Shown here piece after piece: positions 8,532 to 17,397 of a stretch of 21,104 nt of DNA. Within the stretch, counting starts at the first letter, position 1. Each line of letters starts with the position of its first letter. The notes beneath the pieces were generated by a model. It saw only the letters and a list, made by a program, of their open reading frames with translations, ran no database searches and had not been told where the DNA came from. The DNA comes from Pseudobdellovibrionaceae bacterium (GTDB lineage: Bacteria; Bdellovibrionota; Bdellovibrionia; Bdellovibrionales; Bdellovibrionaceae): positions 1 through 21,104 of the forward strand of contig JBIKLL010000047.1 of assembly GCA_044359815.1 (NCBI GenBank). The letters are read 5' to 3'. The position numbers were made by a program, and so were the translations under genes.

Positions 8532-8714
8532 TCATCACAGTGTTTGTGAAAATAATTTTGGAAAATTTAAATGTAGAATTTTGTTTAAAATGGTTCTCCG
8601 CGGAGCCTGAAAGGCGGGGGCGAAGCCCGAGCGGCTGAAGCACGAGCTGTAAGCATTTTAAACAAAATTCTACATTTAAATTTTCCAAAATTATTTTCAC
8701 AAACACTGTGATGA
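8532..8714. repeat. Long inverted repeat A: perfect 61-bp arms around a 61-nt GC-rich, multi-hairpin centre (MITE/REPIN-like)
   Basis: 8532-8592 is the exact reverse complement of 8654-8714. Confidence 0.93.
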
Positions 8715-8734
8715 GACAAGTGGGGTATTTAAAA

Positions 8735-9367
8735 TCAAAAATTCAAGTCAGCGACAGAATGAAAAATCTTTTTCACTCCACTGTTTTTAAGTTCTTCCAA
8801 GCTCCCGTAGCCCCAAGCCACACCGACGGCAGAAACTTGATTTTTGTGAGCCGCTTCGGCATCGTGTTTTCGATCACCTATCATAATGCAATCAGCGGGA
8901 TTTAGATTTTCGATTTTCAAAATGTCTTTGATCAAATCAGCCTTGTCGCTGTTTTTATTACTCAATTCAGATCCATAAATTTGTCTGAAATAATGATCAT
9001 AGCCTTTGGCTTTCAAAATGGGCTTGGCAAAATCAACTGGCTTAGACGTGCAAACAAAAACCCTGTGTCTTTGGGTTAGGTCTTTCAGAATCGGGTGAAA
9101 TCCTGGATACATCACATAGTGTTCGACGCAGGTTCTTGCATGGTGTTCACGGTAGACCTCTAGGATTTTTAAAACCATTTCAGAATCTTTGATACCCAAA
9201 ATTTCTGGCACTGACCTGAGCAAACTGGGACCAATCATGGATTTAATCTGTCCATCTGTTGGTTGCGCAAAACCCAAGGCACCAAAAGCATGCCTGATGC
9301 TCAATGAAAACGAAACAAAGGGATCTGCCAAGGTTCCGTCCAAATCAAACAATAAATTTTTCTTCAA
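8735..9367 (-). CDS. HAD-IA family hydrolase (phosphoglycolate phosphatase/nucleotidase-like)
   Basis: FDLDGTL, CTSK, K and MIGDRKHD motifs; TTG start. Confidence 0.92.
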   Translation of the reverse strand: MKKNLLFDLDGTLADPFVSFSLSIRHAFGALGFAQPTDGQIKSMIGPSLLRSVPEILGIKDSEMVLKILEVYREHHARTCVEHYVMYPGFHPILKDLTQRHRVFVCTSKPVDFAKPILKAKGYDHYFRQIYGSELSNKNSDKADLIKDILKIENLNPADCIMIGDRKHDAEAAHKNQVSAVGVAWGYGSLEELKNSGVKKIFHSVADLNF

Positions 9368-9388
9368 GATTTACCTGCGAATATTTTT

Positions 9389-9556
9389 TTAGACAGTGGG
9401 GCCGAAAATTTTTGCTATCGCCAATGTGATTATTATTGGAATGGCTGCATAGAACAAAAATGGAAACATTTCTGCAGCGACTGCTTTTTCTTTTTCTTCG
9501 CCTTTTAATTTAGAATGATACTCTTCCACTTCATGATGGTTATGATTGTTTGCCAT
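9389..9556 (-). CDS. Small membrane protein (55 aa) with a His-rich N-terminus
   Basis: Start re-set to MANNHNHH because of a GAGGTG RBS and because the longer ORF begins inside a terminator; one C-terminal TM helix. Confidence 0.7.
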   Translation of the reverse strand: MANNHNHHEVEEYHSKLKGEEKEKAVAAEMFPFLFYAAIPIIITLAIAKIFGPTV

Positions 9557-9580
9557 TTTATCACCTCTTAATAAGCACTT

Positions 9581-9613
9581 AAAAAAAACAAGGGGCAAAT
9601 CAAAGCCCCTTGT
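9581..9613 (-). terminator. Rho-independent terminator of 9632-10429
   Basis: Stem ACAAGGGGC / GCCCCTTGT followed by a T-run on the minus strand. Confidence 0.8.
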
Positions 9614-9631
9614 CATTCAAATTAAATGAAA

Positions 9632-10429
9632 CTACCTAGAACCGTCAAGAAACTTGCCGACAGTTTCGTCAATGTTTTTCAAATAAGCAGCCACTTGGTT
9701 CATGATTGCTGAATCTTGGTCCATAAGTTTTTGTGCATAGGCTCTGATTGAACCCTGTTCGTCCTTAACCCATTTGTTTGCAGGATTGAACTGCGCATTG
9801 ATTTTGATCTCGATGCCTTTAAAAACATCCACTGATAAACTGGACTCGGCTGCCAAAACAGGCACTTGCTCGGGCTTAATGGTGTTTGGCAATTTGCTCA
9901 AGTCCATTTTGATGCCCACTGTTCCTTTAAAGGACACATAGTTTCCTTGAGCGTCTTTTTTCTTCTCGGTCACCTTGGCTGAAACAATTGCGGCCTCGCC
10001 ATATTCAGACAACAATTCAGCTGCGATGCTGTGAACTGTGTTTTCAGCATCTTCAATCAACGAATTCAAATCACCGCGATCAGTGACGAACTTGGTCAGA
10101 TTGATTCCGATGGATCCGTCTGCCAACGCCACAGGTTTATTTTGCACCGTCGAATCAAAAGCGATCTGTTTGATGTTCAACGTCAGATCATCAATTTTAC
10201 CTGCTTTATGATAGGTACCGTAAGCTTTGGCAACCACGGCAGGGGCTTTACCAATATTAAGCTCTGTAAATTTAAAATCTGCATGGGTTTTGTCTGAATG
10301 GTAAGGTTTAAGCAAAACCTGAATGGCTGTATTCAGTCTTTCCAAATCGGTAGCAGCATAGGCCACCACGCTGACAGCGCAGATAGCAACGGTTAACAGT
10401 TTCGTTGAGAGATTTTTTGAAATTCTCAT
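9632..10429 (-). CDS. Secreted hypothetical protein
   Basis: GGAGGA RBS before MRISK; signal peptide ending VAYA; no family recognised. Confidence 0.75.
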   Translation of the reverse strand: MRISKNLSTKLLTVAICAVSVVAYAATDLERLNTAIQVLLKPYHSDKTHADFKFTELNIGKAPAVVAKAYGTYHKAGKIDDLTLNIKQIAFDSTVQNKPVALADGSIGINLTKFVTDRGDLNSLIEDAENTVHSIAAELLSEYGEAAIVSAKVTEKKKDAQGNYVSFKGTVGIKMDLSKLPNTIKPEQVPVLAAESSLSVDVFKGIEIKINAQFNPANKWVKDEQGSIRAYAQKLMDQDSAIMNQVAAYLKNIDETVGKFLDGSR

Positions 10430-10572
10430 AGCAATTCCTCCTTTAAAATGTGGTTGCAAATTCCCTTTGCACCTTTAACGCTAACAATCAGAAAATTTGA
10501 TGTCCATAAGAATAATCAGGACTGCTTAATGCCAGCTGATCCATTTGTTTATTAATCAGAATAAAGGTTATG

Positions 10573-11451
10573 TTAACTTTGAGAAAAGCCAAAACACCAA
10601 AACCCACCGGCCATGCATAAAAAAGCCGCAAACCACAGAGGGTGAGGCCACTTTCGTTCATAAATGCTTTCCAGGATTTGAGTGAATAATGGCCCTGTGC
10701 CGGCCACTGATGAAACCACGCTTAAATGCCCCATAGACACAGCCGTCAGATATAGTTGCAAAGACACAAAAGTACCCATGATTCCAAAAACTGTGACTTG
10801 AATCCTTTGCTTGAAATTTAATTTTATAAATTCTTTTTGCAGATGAATCCGTTTATAAAAACGATCCAGCAGCAAAAATCCAAACATGGCACCCACGAGT
10901 CGCCAAAAATTTACGGCCAATGGATCTGCGTCTGATTGAAAAGCGTTTTTTGTGATCAAAAGCCCGATGGCATCAAACACCACTGCCAAAATTCCCATCA
11001 GAATGCCTTTTTTTTGCCAACTGCCAGAAACTTTGTATCTCTCGAGGCTTAACAGCATCAAACATCCAACCATTAGCAAAACACCCAACCACGATAGCAA
11101 AGGTAATTTAGCATCAAAAAAATACCAAGATCCCACTCCAGCCAAAAAAGGAGTTAAGCCAAACATCATCACCATTCGCGATCCGCCGATGGCCTTCATA
11201 GCTTCCAACATAAACAGATCGCCAATACAAAGCCCCAAGAAACCACTGATCAACAGTAAAGATATTTTTAAATCAAATTCAGGCATGGGAATCTTAAAAA
11301 TCAAAAGCACCAATACGGTCACAACCAATGAAGCAATTGATTTATAACAATTCATCCAGTGAGCGCTTATTTTTCTGGAAAAATGCGTGAACCCCAAACT
11401 GGCAATCGAAAAACTCAGATTGCCAGCCAAGGCATAAGCCAAAGCGATCAT
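10573..11451 (-). CDS. DMT/EamA-family transporter
   Basis: About 10 TM helices in two repeats; SGFLGLCIGD...AMKAIG motif. Confidence 0.85.
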   Translation of the reverse strand: MIALAYALAGNLSFSIASLGFTHFSRKISAHWMNCYKSIASLVVTVLVLLIFKIPMPEFDLKISLLLISGFLGLCIGDLFMLEAMKAIGGSRMVMMFGLTPFLAGVGSWYFFDAKLPLLSWLGVLLMVGCLMLLSLERYKVSGSWQKKGILMGILAVVFDAIGLLITKNAFQSDADPLAVNFWRLVGAMFGFLLLDRFYKRIHLQKEFIKLNFKQRIQVTVFGIMGTFVSLQLYLTAVSMGHLSVVSSVAGTGPLFTQILESIYERKWPHPLWFAAFLCMAGGFWCFGFSQS

Positions 11452-11461
11452 CTATATCCTG

Positions 11462-13039
11462 CTATCTGCCAAAAAAAATCAAATCAGCCCAACCAGTCAA
11501 TTTGTTCCAGCTTAAACTTTTATAAAATTCGGGACCCTTCAGCTTCAAAATTGGGTCTTCACCACGTTCTTCTGAATCATCCATTTCAGGTTTTAATGTG
11601 ATTCCAATCCCATGCACAAAGGGACTGCCTTGCGTGTGAGCTTCTGCCAAATAAATGCTGGTTTTAGGAAAGCTCTCTACGCTAACAAAATCCTGTTTTC
11701 GGATTAATTTTTCAGTGTGCAGCTGCCCCTGATTTAAGGTTTTGATTTCGACCCAGCGGGCACCCTGCAGCCACGGACGAAACTGAAAAGTCTGGTTTAA
11801 ATTTCCAGACAATCTCAACACCCTTTGACCTGCAGTTTCTTGCAAGGAAAATTCAATTTCCACACCTAAATTTAAATCTTGATTAATTTCTTTAAAATTC
11901 TTTTTTAATTTTTCCAATACCGGCAATCCTGGATCGTCTTCGGTACCTGGTTTCATTAACTCATCCGCCTGAATCAAAATTTCAAAGGACTGCCCCTGTT
12001 CGGGATTCAGGGTTACCATTTGATTATTGAAATCTATTAATTCTTGAGGGTAAGCAATTTGCTTGAGCATTTGATCCGCCATAGCCGTGGTCTTTGGATC
12101 TGTTGTAATTCTTGGGATCTGCAGTAAAAATTCAACCAAATCAATATTAGAATCCATATCTACAAATCGGTCTTTCCAGGTCGGGTCAGATTTTAATAAA
12201 TCATAGAACTTTGCTTTTTTTAACTGCGCCACCAATTTTTTAAACTGGCCTCGAAAGCTTTCCCAGTTATTTGAATCCACTACCACTGATGAAGTAAAAA
12301 AATACTCCCCTTCCGCCTGGACTTGCTTCCCCCCGCGAGCAAAGGCGCTGGCATGCATCCCTGGGATAGCCCTGGCTGCATCAATCGCTTGCAAAGATTT
12401 ATTGCTGAGCATTTTAAACAAATCTACATAAGGAAATCCTGCATAGGGAGTTTCACGCTGTGAAACGGCTAAATAATCTGTGGTTTGAATTAAATAATCC
12501 ACTGATTCCACAGTACCCATCACACAGGCATCGACCAAAAAAACAGCTGGACGAAATCCAACCTCTTGCATAGCACCGCTGAATTCGCGCACCGGCATCA
12601 TTGTATTTTTAGAGGGCTGACTGGGAATCCCAAAATCCTGCAGTAAACCCTTCCATCCCCAAGAATGAGCCATCAAAATAAAAATCACATTCTGAGATTG
12701 AATATTTTTTTTACTCCAACGTAAAAAGCTTTTAAAATTATTCACATTGGCAGAATCCATTTCACGCATGGGTTGTTTCTGAACCTGAAAACCTGCGCGC
12801 TTGATATAACGGGCATCGTTTTGATTGCCATGCGAATCCACTTGCATGATCACTTCGACGTTGGAAGGCAGTTCAGAATTTAAAATCTTTTCGATGACTG
12901 GGTCACTGTAGGAAGCAATTTCTTCCTCATCCAAACCACCCAAAATCACGATGGACCAATCAGCTGCCTGAGCTTTTACGGTTACCACCATTGCTAAAAG
13001 AATTTTCGATACCAGAGTTAAAAAGTTTTTTGATTGCAA
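11462..13039 (-). CDS. Secreted clostripain-like (C11) cysteine peptidase
   Basis: ILMAHSWGW (catalytic His), LVDACVMGTVE (catalytic Cys), SQRETPYAGFPY; TTG start with a G-rich RBS; signal peptide. Confidence 0.8.
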   Translation of the reverse strand: MQSKNFLTLVSKILLAMVVTVKAQAADWSIVILGGLDEEEIASYSDPVIEKILNSELPSNVEVIMQVDSHGNQNDARYIKRAGFQVQKQPMREMDSANVNNFKSFLRWSKKNIQSQNVIFILMAHSWGWKGLLQDFGIPSQPSKNTMMPVREFSGAMQEVGFRPAVFLVDACVMGTVESVDYLIQTTDYLAVSQRETPYAGFPYVDLFKMLSNKSLQAIDAARAIPGMHASAFARGGKQVQAEGEYFFTSSVVVDSNNWESFRGQFKKLVAQLKKAKFYDLLKSDPTWKDRFVDMDSNIDLVEFLLQIPRITTDPKTTAMADQMLKQIAYPQELIDFNNQMVTLNPEQGQSFEILIQADELMKPGTEDDPGLPVLEKLKKNFKEINQDLNLGVEIEFSLQETAGQRVLRLSGNLNQTFQFRPWLQGARWVEIKTLNQGQLHTEKLIRKQDFVSVESFPKTSIYLAEAHTQGSPFVHGIGITLKPEMDDSEERGEDPILKLKGPEFYKSLSWNKLTGWADLIFFGR

Positions 13040-13142
13040 GTCTCACCCCCCTTGCTGACTGGACTTTTAGCCTAGGCTTAAAGGGCTGTAAAGCAAAAGA
13101 AACATGGCCAATATTTCAAAACTTCCTTAGCCTATTAGCTAT

Positions 13143-14585
13143 ATGAAAACCATCACCCTTGCAGCTTTGGCGTTTCTATTGTTAGCTAGCTGTGGTCCGA
13201 ACATGGTCACAGTTCCTCGCGAAAAACTCTTAAATTCAGTGACCGGCGATCCCACCTCGCCACCCACTTTGCCGCCTGATTTAAAACCCATCATTGATTG
13301 GGCACAACCCCCCGTGGCTTGTGTTGAAGAAATAGTTCCCAGTGTGGCTTTGCGACCTTGTCCCGATTTAAGCTCTGTTGAAAAACCGCTTAGCGATTGG
13401 CCTGCAAATCTGGAAAAAGAAGAAATTCAGTACTGGAAGTCTTCAAAAACTTGGATGAAGTATTGCCGTGGAAAAGAACTTTTGCGTCGAGAAGAAATCA
13501 ATCCAGGTTCACAAAAAGCCTCTCAATTGGAATTATCTTGGATGTATGTGGACTCTGTTAACGATTACGACACAAAGGTCAGGGCCATTTATCAATCCAG
13601 CCGGCAATGGCAAATCCCTGCTCAGGTATTAGCTGGAGCACTGACTCAAGAATCATTATTTGCAAAATTGGGAATCACAACAGATGGTGAAAACTATTCC
13701 TGTGGGATTGGACAGATCAATGTCCAAGAATGGTGTCACTGGGCCAGCAAATTAGATTCTGACCAAAAACAAAAAATCGGCTGGCCTGAAACGGTTGAAT
13801 GCTCAAAGCTTCCTGCCAATACAATCAAACCTTTTTACGAGATAGCGATTCAAAAATTAGCAGGCAGGCCTTTTTACAAACTGACCAAAGGCGATTTTGC
13901 CCATATCACTTTACCAGATGTGATTGCAGGTTTACCCGAGGGGTCCGAAGAATTGCAAAACCTCAGATTTCAATCAGCGATGAGCTTTATCAATAATTGC
14001 CAGCACTCAGAATACGGAATTTTGGCCAAAGCTTCTCAGCTTAAATTAATTTATGACAGATATGTCCCAAAGGGTCTTAAAAATATTCAACAGTATCCTG
14101 ACGACAGTGGTTTTAAAAGATTCTGCGCAGACAATGGCGACAAAAAAAATTATCCCTTGCATGTCGGTTGGCTGATTGCGGTGGGTATTTACAATGCGGG
14201 CCCACGTGCTGTGGACAGTTTGGCCCATTACCACGATTTAAAATTACCTGACATGCAAAATCCTGAAAACTTCAAAAATATTTTGCCCGTGGATTTAGTC
14301 GAAGCCTTTTACTGGAGTGGCCAATATAATTCTGTTGATGATCGGATTCATTTTAAACTTCTGAACGGCCAGGACACTAGCTGGTTGTGGTTTAAAACCT
14401 GTGTGCTACAAAGACATATGGCCAGGGTTGTGCAGCATTCAACACTGCCATTGATTCCAAAATTTATCGACAGTCTTGAAAACGGAATCACCTGCGCCAA
14501 AAGTGAATTTGCCGATGGTCAGCTGATAAAATCAGGGGTTCCCGAATTCAGGCAAAGGTCTACGGGGCGCAAACAAACAAATTGA
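13143..14585 (+). CDS. Lipoprotein with lytic transglycosylase (SLT/lysozyme-like) motifs
   Basis: Lipobox LLASC; motif I ALTQES, motif II CGIGQI, motif III IYNAGP, with a long Cys-rich insertion between motifs II and III. Confidence 0.65.
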   Translation: MKTITLAALAFLLLASCGPNMVTVPREKLLNSVTGDPTSPPTLPPDLKPIIDWAQPPVACVEEIVPSVALRPCPDLSSVEKPLSDWPANLEKEEIQYWKSSKTWMKYCRGKELLRREEINPGSQKASQLELSWMYVDSVNDYDTKVRAIYQSSRQWQIPAQVLAGALTQESLFAKLGITTDGENYSCGIGQINVQEWCHWASKLDSDQKQKIGWPETVECSKLPANTIKPFYEIAIQKLAGRPFYKLTKGDFAHITLPDVIAGLPEGSEELQNLRFQSAMSFINNCQHSEYGILAKASQLKLIYDRYVPKGLKNIQQYPDDSGFKRFCADNGDKKNYPLHVGWLIAVGIYNAGPRAVDSLAHYHDLKLPDMQNPENFKNILPVDLVEAFYWSGQYNSVDDRIHFKLLNGQDTSWLWFKTCVLQRHMARVVQHSTLPLIPKFIDSLENGITCAKSEFADGQLIKSGVPEFRQRSTGRKQTN

Positions 14586-14621
14586 ATTTAATCCCTTCAT
14601 AAAATACAAGGATATCTGGAT

Positions 14622-15236
14622 ATGAAAAAAACAAAAAGTATTCGCATTTTATTTTTAATTGCCGCCTGTTTGTTTCTGATGATTAATTTCCAAAACTGCG
14701 CAAAGCATGTGGAGTCTGTTTTTACAAACAAAGCTCTTGATCAACAAAAGCTGCATCAGGGATCAGACTCGTTGGCTGATTTAATCGCTAAGTCTGAAAT
14801 TTTTAATAAAGGCTCGTTGACAGGAAATGGTAAAATCAATCTGCGCGGTAGCGCTGACCCTTTGGACATGTATAATTTTAAATTTCAAATCAGTCGCGAA
14901 GCTCAACAATCATCAATGTTCCAAATTAATTTGCGTTCTGACGCCTTGATCAGTCAATTGGCCCTGAACGATTCCATCCATCTATCGACATTGGAAAATA
15001 AATTGATAAAGCTCAAAGAAAGCATCGAAAATTTAAAATTGCCACTGCAGCTTTCTTGGCAGCAAAATAATGGGATCCACACACTGCAAATCGGTGCCTA
15101 TGAAAACGAACAGTTTGTGTCAGGCATGAGTTTATTTTTCGAGTTTCAACCTATTGATCAAAATACCTACTGGGTCACCCTGAAAGATGACCTGGGAGCT
15201 TCGTTTTTTTCTCAGCTTAAATTTTCAATAAAATAA
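14622..15236 (+). CDS. Hypothetical lipoprotein (FQNC-type signal)
   Basis: Basic N-terminus, hydrophobic core, then INFQNC; AAGGA RBS. Confidence 0.7.
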   Translation: MKKTKSIRILFLIAACLFLMINFQNCAKHVESVFTNKALDQQKLHQGSDSLADLIAKSEIFNKGSLTGNGKINLRGSADPLDMYNFKFQISREAQQSSMFQINLRSDALISQLALNDSIHLSTLENKLIKLKESIENLKLPLQLSWQQNNGIHTLQIGAYENEQFVSGMSLFFEFQPIDQNTYWVTLKDDLGASFFSQLKFSIK

Positions 15237-15277
15237 TCTAAGCTGGCCTGCTTGTCTGCTACTGGTCTGTTACTGGC

Positions 15278-15519
15278 CTGTGGTTAATTTGAATTTTAAA
15301 GATTAATTCTATGATTTTATACCTTGAGAATACTTGCTAACGGCCGCAAGCTCATCTCTCGTATTGTGTCATTTAATTTAACCAGGCTTAGGATTAATAA
15401 ATTATCCTACGTCTGGTTAAATTAAATGACACAACACCAGATATGCCATGCGCGCTCGCAAATGTATTCTCAAGGCATAAAATCATAGAATTAATCTTTA
15501 AAATTCAAATTAACCGCAG
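15278..15519. repeat. Long inverted repeat B: nested ~240-nt hairpin (MITE/REPIN-like)
   Basis: Outer arms 15278-15333 / 15464-15519 (56 bp, 2 differences); inner arms 15364-15385 / 15413-15434 (22 bp perfect); apical TAGGAT/ATCCTA; CTTGTCTGC 15251-15259 also pairs with 15516-15524. Confidence 0.92.
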
Positions 15520-15542
15520 ACAAGAGGACCGGTTTTAATAAA

Positions 15543-16334
15543 CTAAGCCAGTTTTTCGCGAAAAGTCAGTTCTTCGCGGTAACCATCAACGACTAATCTG
15601 GCCTCTAGCAAATTTTTAAATTCGACACTGCCTTCCGTGTGCTTGGAAAGCTCATGGATGATTTTTTTATCAGACTCCCATAAGAAGTCGTTGATAAATA
15701 ATGCATTTCGGCCCCTTAGCTGACGTATAGCTGAAAAATCTTTGGAAACTTTGTCTAAAAACGCAGGGATTTTGCCGCCAGCACCCGTTGAAAAATCCTG
15801 ATAAAAAGGATTTTCAATTTGCTGGTCACCTTTGCCCACGATTGGATGACACAAACACTGCATCCCCGTGTGAGCACCCTGGAATACATTCTGGTCGTAC
15901 ATGCAGTAGGCCCACAGATCAGACTGTTGATCAAACAGCTTTCGCAGCTCGTATTCATAGGTGGCCAAGACGCTTTCGGCTGTTTTAGTTTCAATAGCCC
16001 AGCTCATTTCACCTGACAATGTTAACCCCTTAAAGCCTTCGGCCTTAGCGTCGACCAGGTGGTTTTGAATTCTGTTGATCATTTCAAGCGGGATAAATTT
16101 CCCATTGGGATAATAAACTTCTGATGCCTTAAAAATTGTGAAAACACCTTTATCCAATAAGGATTTAAACTCCTGGTCCGCATTAACTGACTTTAAAAAA
16201 GCTTCTGCCTTATTGGTGTAATAAACCAATTTGTGCCCTCTGGCCTGACCTTGCAGAAAATAAGCTTTTAGCAAATTAAAATTTTCGAGTTCGCTTTTAT
16301 AAAAAAAGCAAAAATGGTGATTTTGATTCTTCAT
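15543..16334 (-). CDS. MEDS-domain sensory protein
   Basis: HFCFFY...LTLSGEMSWA...YEYEL...CMYD...HP motifs; start set at MKNQ, 1 nt after the ilvE stop. Confidence 0.8.
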   Translation of the reverse strand: MKNQNHHFCFFYKSELENFNLLKAYFLQGQARGHKLVYYTNKAEAFLKSVNADQEFKSLLDKGVFTIFKASEVYYPNGKFIPLEMINRIQNHLVDAKAEGFKGLTLSGEMSWAIETKTAESVLATYEYELRKLFDQQSDLWAYCMYDQNVFQGAHTGMQCLCHPIVGKGDQQIENPFYQDFSTGAGGKIPAFLDKVSKDFSAIRQLRGRNALFINDFLWESDKKIIHELSKHTEGSVEFKNLLEARLVVDGYREELTFREKLA

Positions 16335-16335
16335 A

Positions 16336-17397
16336 TTACTTAATGATAAACATCCAATTGAATTTGTCCACTGTTTCGCCCCGATGTATTTTAGATAATG
16401 TCTCAAACATTTCAGTGGCGATGGGTCCAGGTTTTCCATTAGCTACTTGGTAGTTTTTGTCCCGAAAATAAAATTCGCCTATGGGCGAAATAATCGCAGC
16501 CGTTCCTGTACCAAAGACTTCCAGCAAGGTTTTATTTTCCCAGGCTTGCAGTACCTCTGATAATTTCAGCCGCCTTTCAACAACAGGGGTCTTGCGGTCT
16601 GCTAGCAATTTAATCACAGCATCTCTGGTGTTGCCGGCTAAAATACTGCCGTTCAGTGATGGAGTTACAATTTCATTTTTAAAAACAAAAAACACATTCA
16701 TGGTTCCAACCTCATCAACGTATTCTTTGTTGACGTCTAACCACAGCACTTGATTGTAGCCTTCATTTTTTGCCTTCAAGGCAGCTTGCAAGCTGGAGGC
16801 ATAGTTTGCCCCGGCTTTTGTAGCTCCCAACCCTCCTGGAGCTGCTCGCAGTGCCTTGTCTTCGACCCAAATTTTTAGGGGCTTGCTTTGTGATGAAAAA
16901 TACGAAGTCACCGGTGACAGCAAAATAAAAAACAAAGCCTCATTAGCAGGACGCACTCCTAAAAAACCTTCGGTCCCAATCAATGTGGGCCTGATGTACA
17001 AAGAACAATCTGAATCATTAAACACCCAACGATCTTCAGTTTTTAATAATTCGCATAAGCCTGTTAAAAAAACTTCTTTCGGCACAGGTGGCAGACACAG
17101 TCTGTCGGCTCCGTCTTGCATCCTTTTGATGTTGAACTCGGGCCTAAACAATCCCACCGAACCTGCTTTTTGCCTGTAGGCTTTCATGCCTTCAAACAGC
17201 GCTTGGCCATAATGCAAACAACTGGCGGCTGGATGGATCAAAAATTTTTCCACCTCTGAAATTTTAGCATCATGCCAACCCTTTTCAGATGTGTACCGAC
17301 ACTGAAACCAATGATCCGAAAAAAACTTTCCAAACTGCAGGCTTTCGATGCTGGGTAAGGTTTTAGGATTTTTAGTAAGAACTGTTTGGATTTCTAT
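16336..17397 (-). CDS. ilvE: Branched-chain amino acid aminotransferase; start uncertain (ATA at 17397 proposed, first canonical start is GTG at 17253)
   Basis: LHYGQALFEGMKAY, LYIRP, KAGANY (PLP Lys), EVGTMN and GTAA motifs; the frame stays open upstream and encodes the conserved LQFGKFFSDHW...GWHDAKI. Confidence 0.9.
   Translation of the reverse strand: MEIQTVLTKNPKTLPSIESLQFGKFFSDHWFQCRYTSEKGWHDAKISEVEKFLIHPAASCLHYGQALFEGMKAYRQKAGSVGLFRPEFNIKRMQDGADRLCLPPVPKEVFLTGLCELLKTEDRWVFNDSDCSLYIRPTLIGTEGFLGVRPANEALFFILLSPVTSYFSSQSKPLKIWVEDKALRAAPGGLGATKAGANYASSLQAALKAKNEGYNQVLWLDVNKEYVDEVGTMNVFFVFKNEIVTPSLNGSILAGNTRDAVIKLLADRKTPVVERRLKLSEVLQAWENKTLLEVFGTGTAAIISPIGEFYFRDKNYQVANGKPGPIATEMFETLSKIHRGETVDKFNWMFIIK

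Noticed and set aside
8443..8706. 87-aa ORF
   Set aside because: It lies within the long inverted repeat and the terminator
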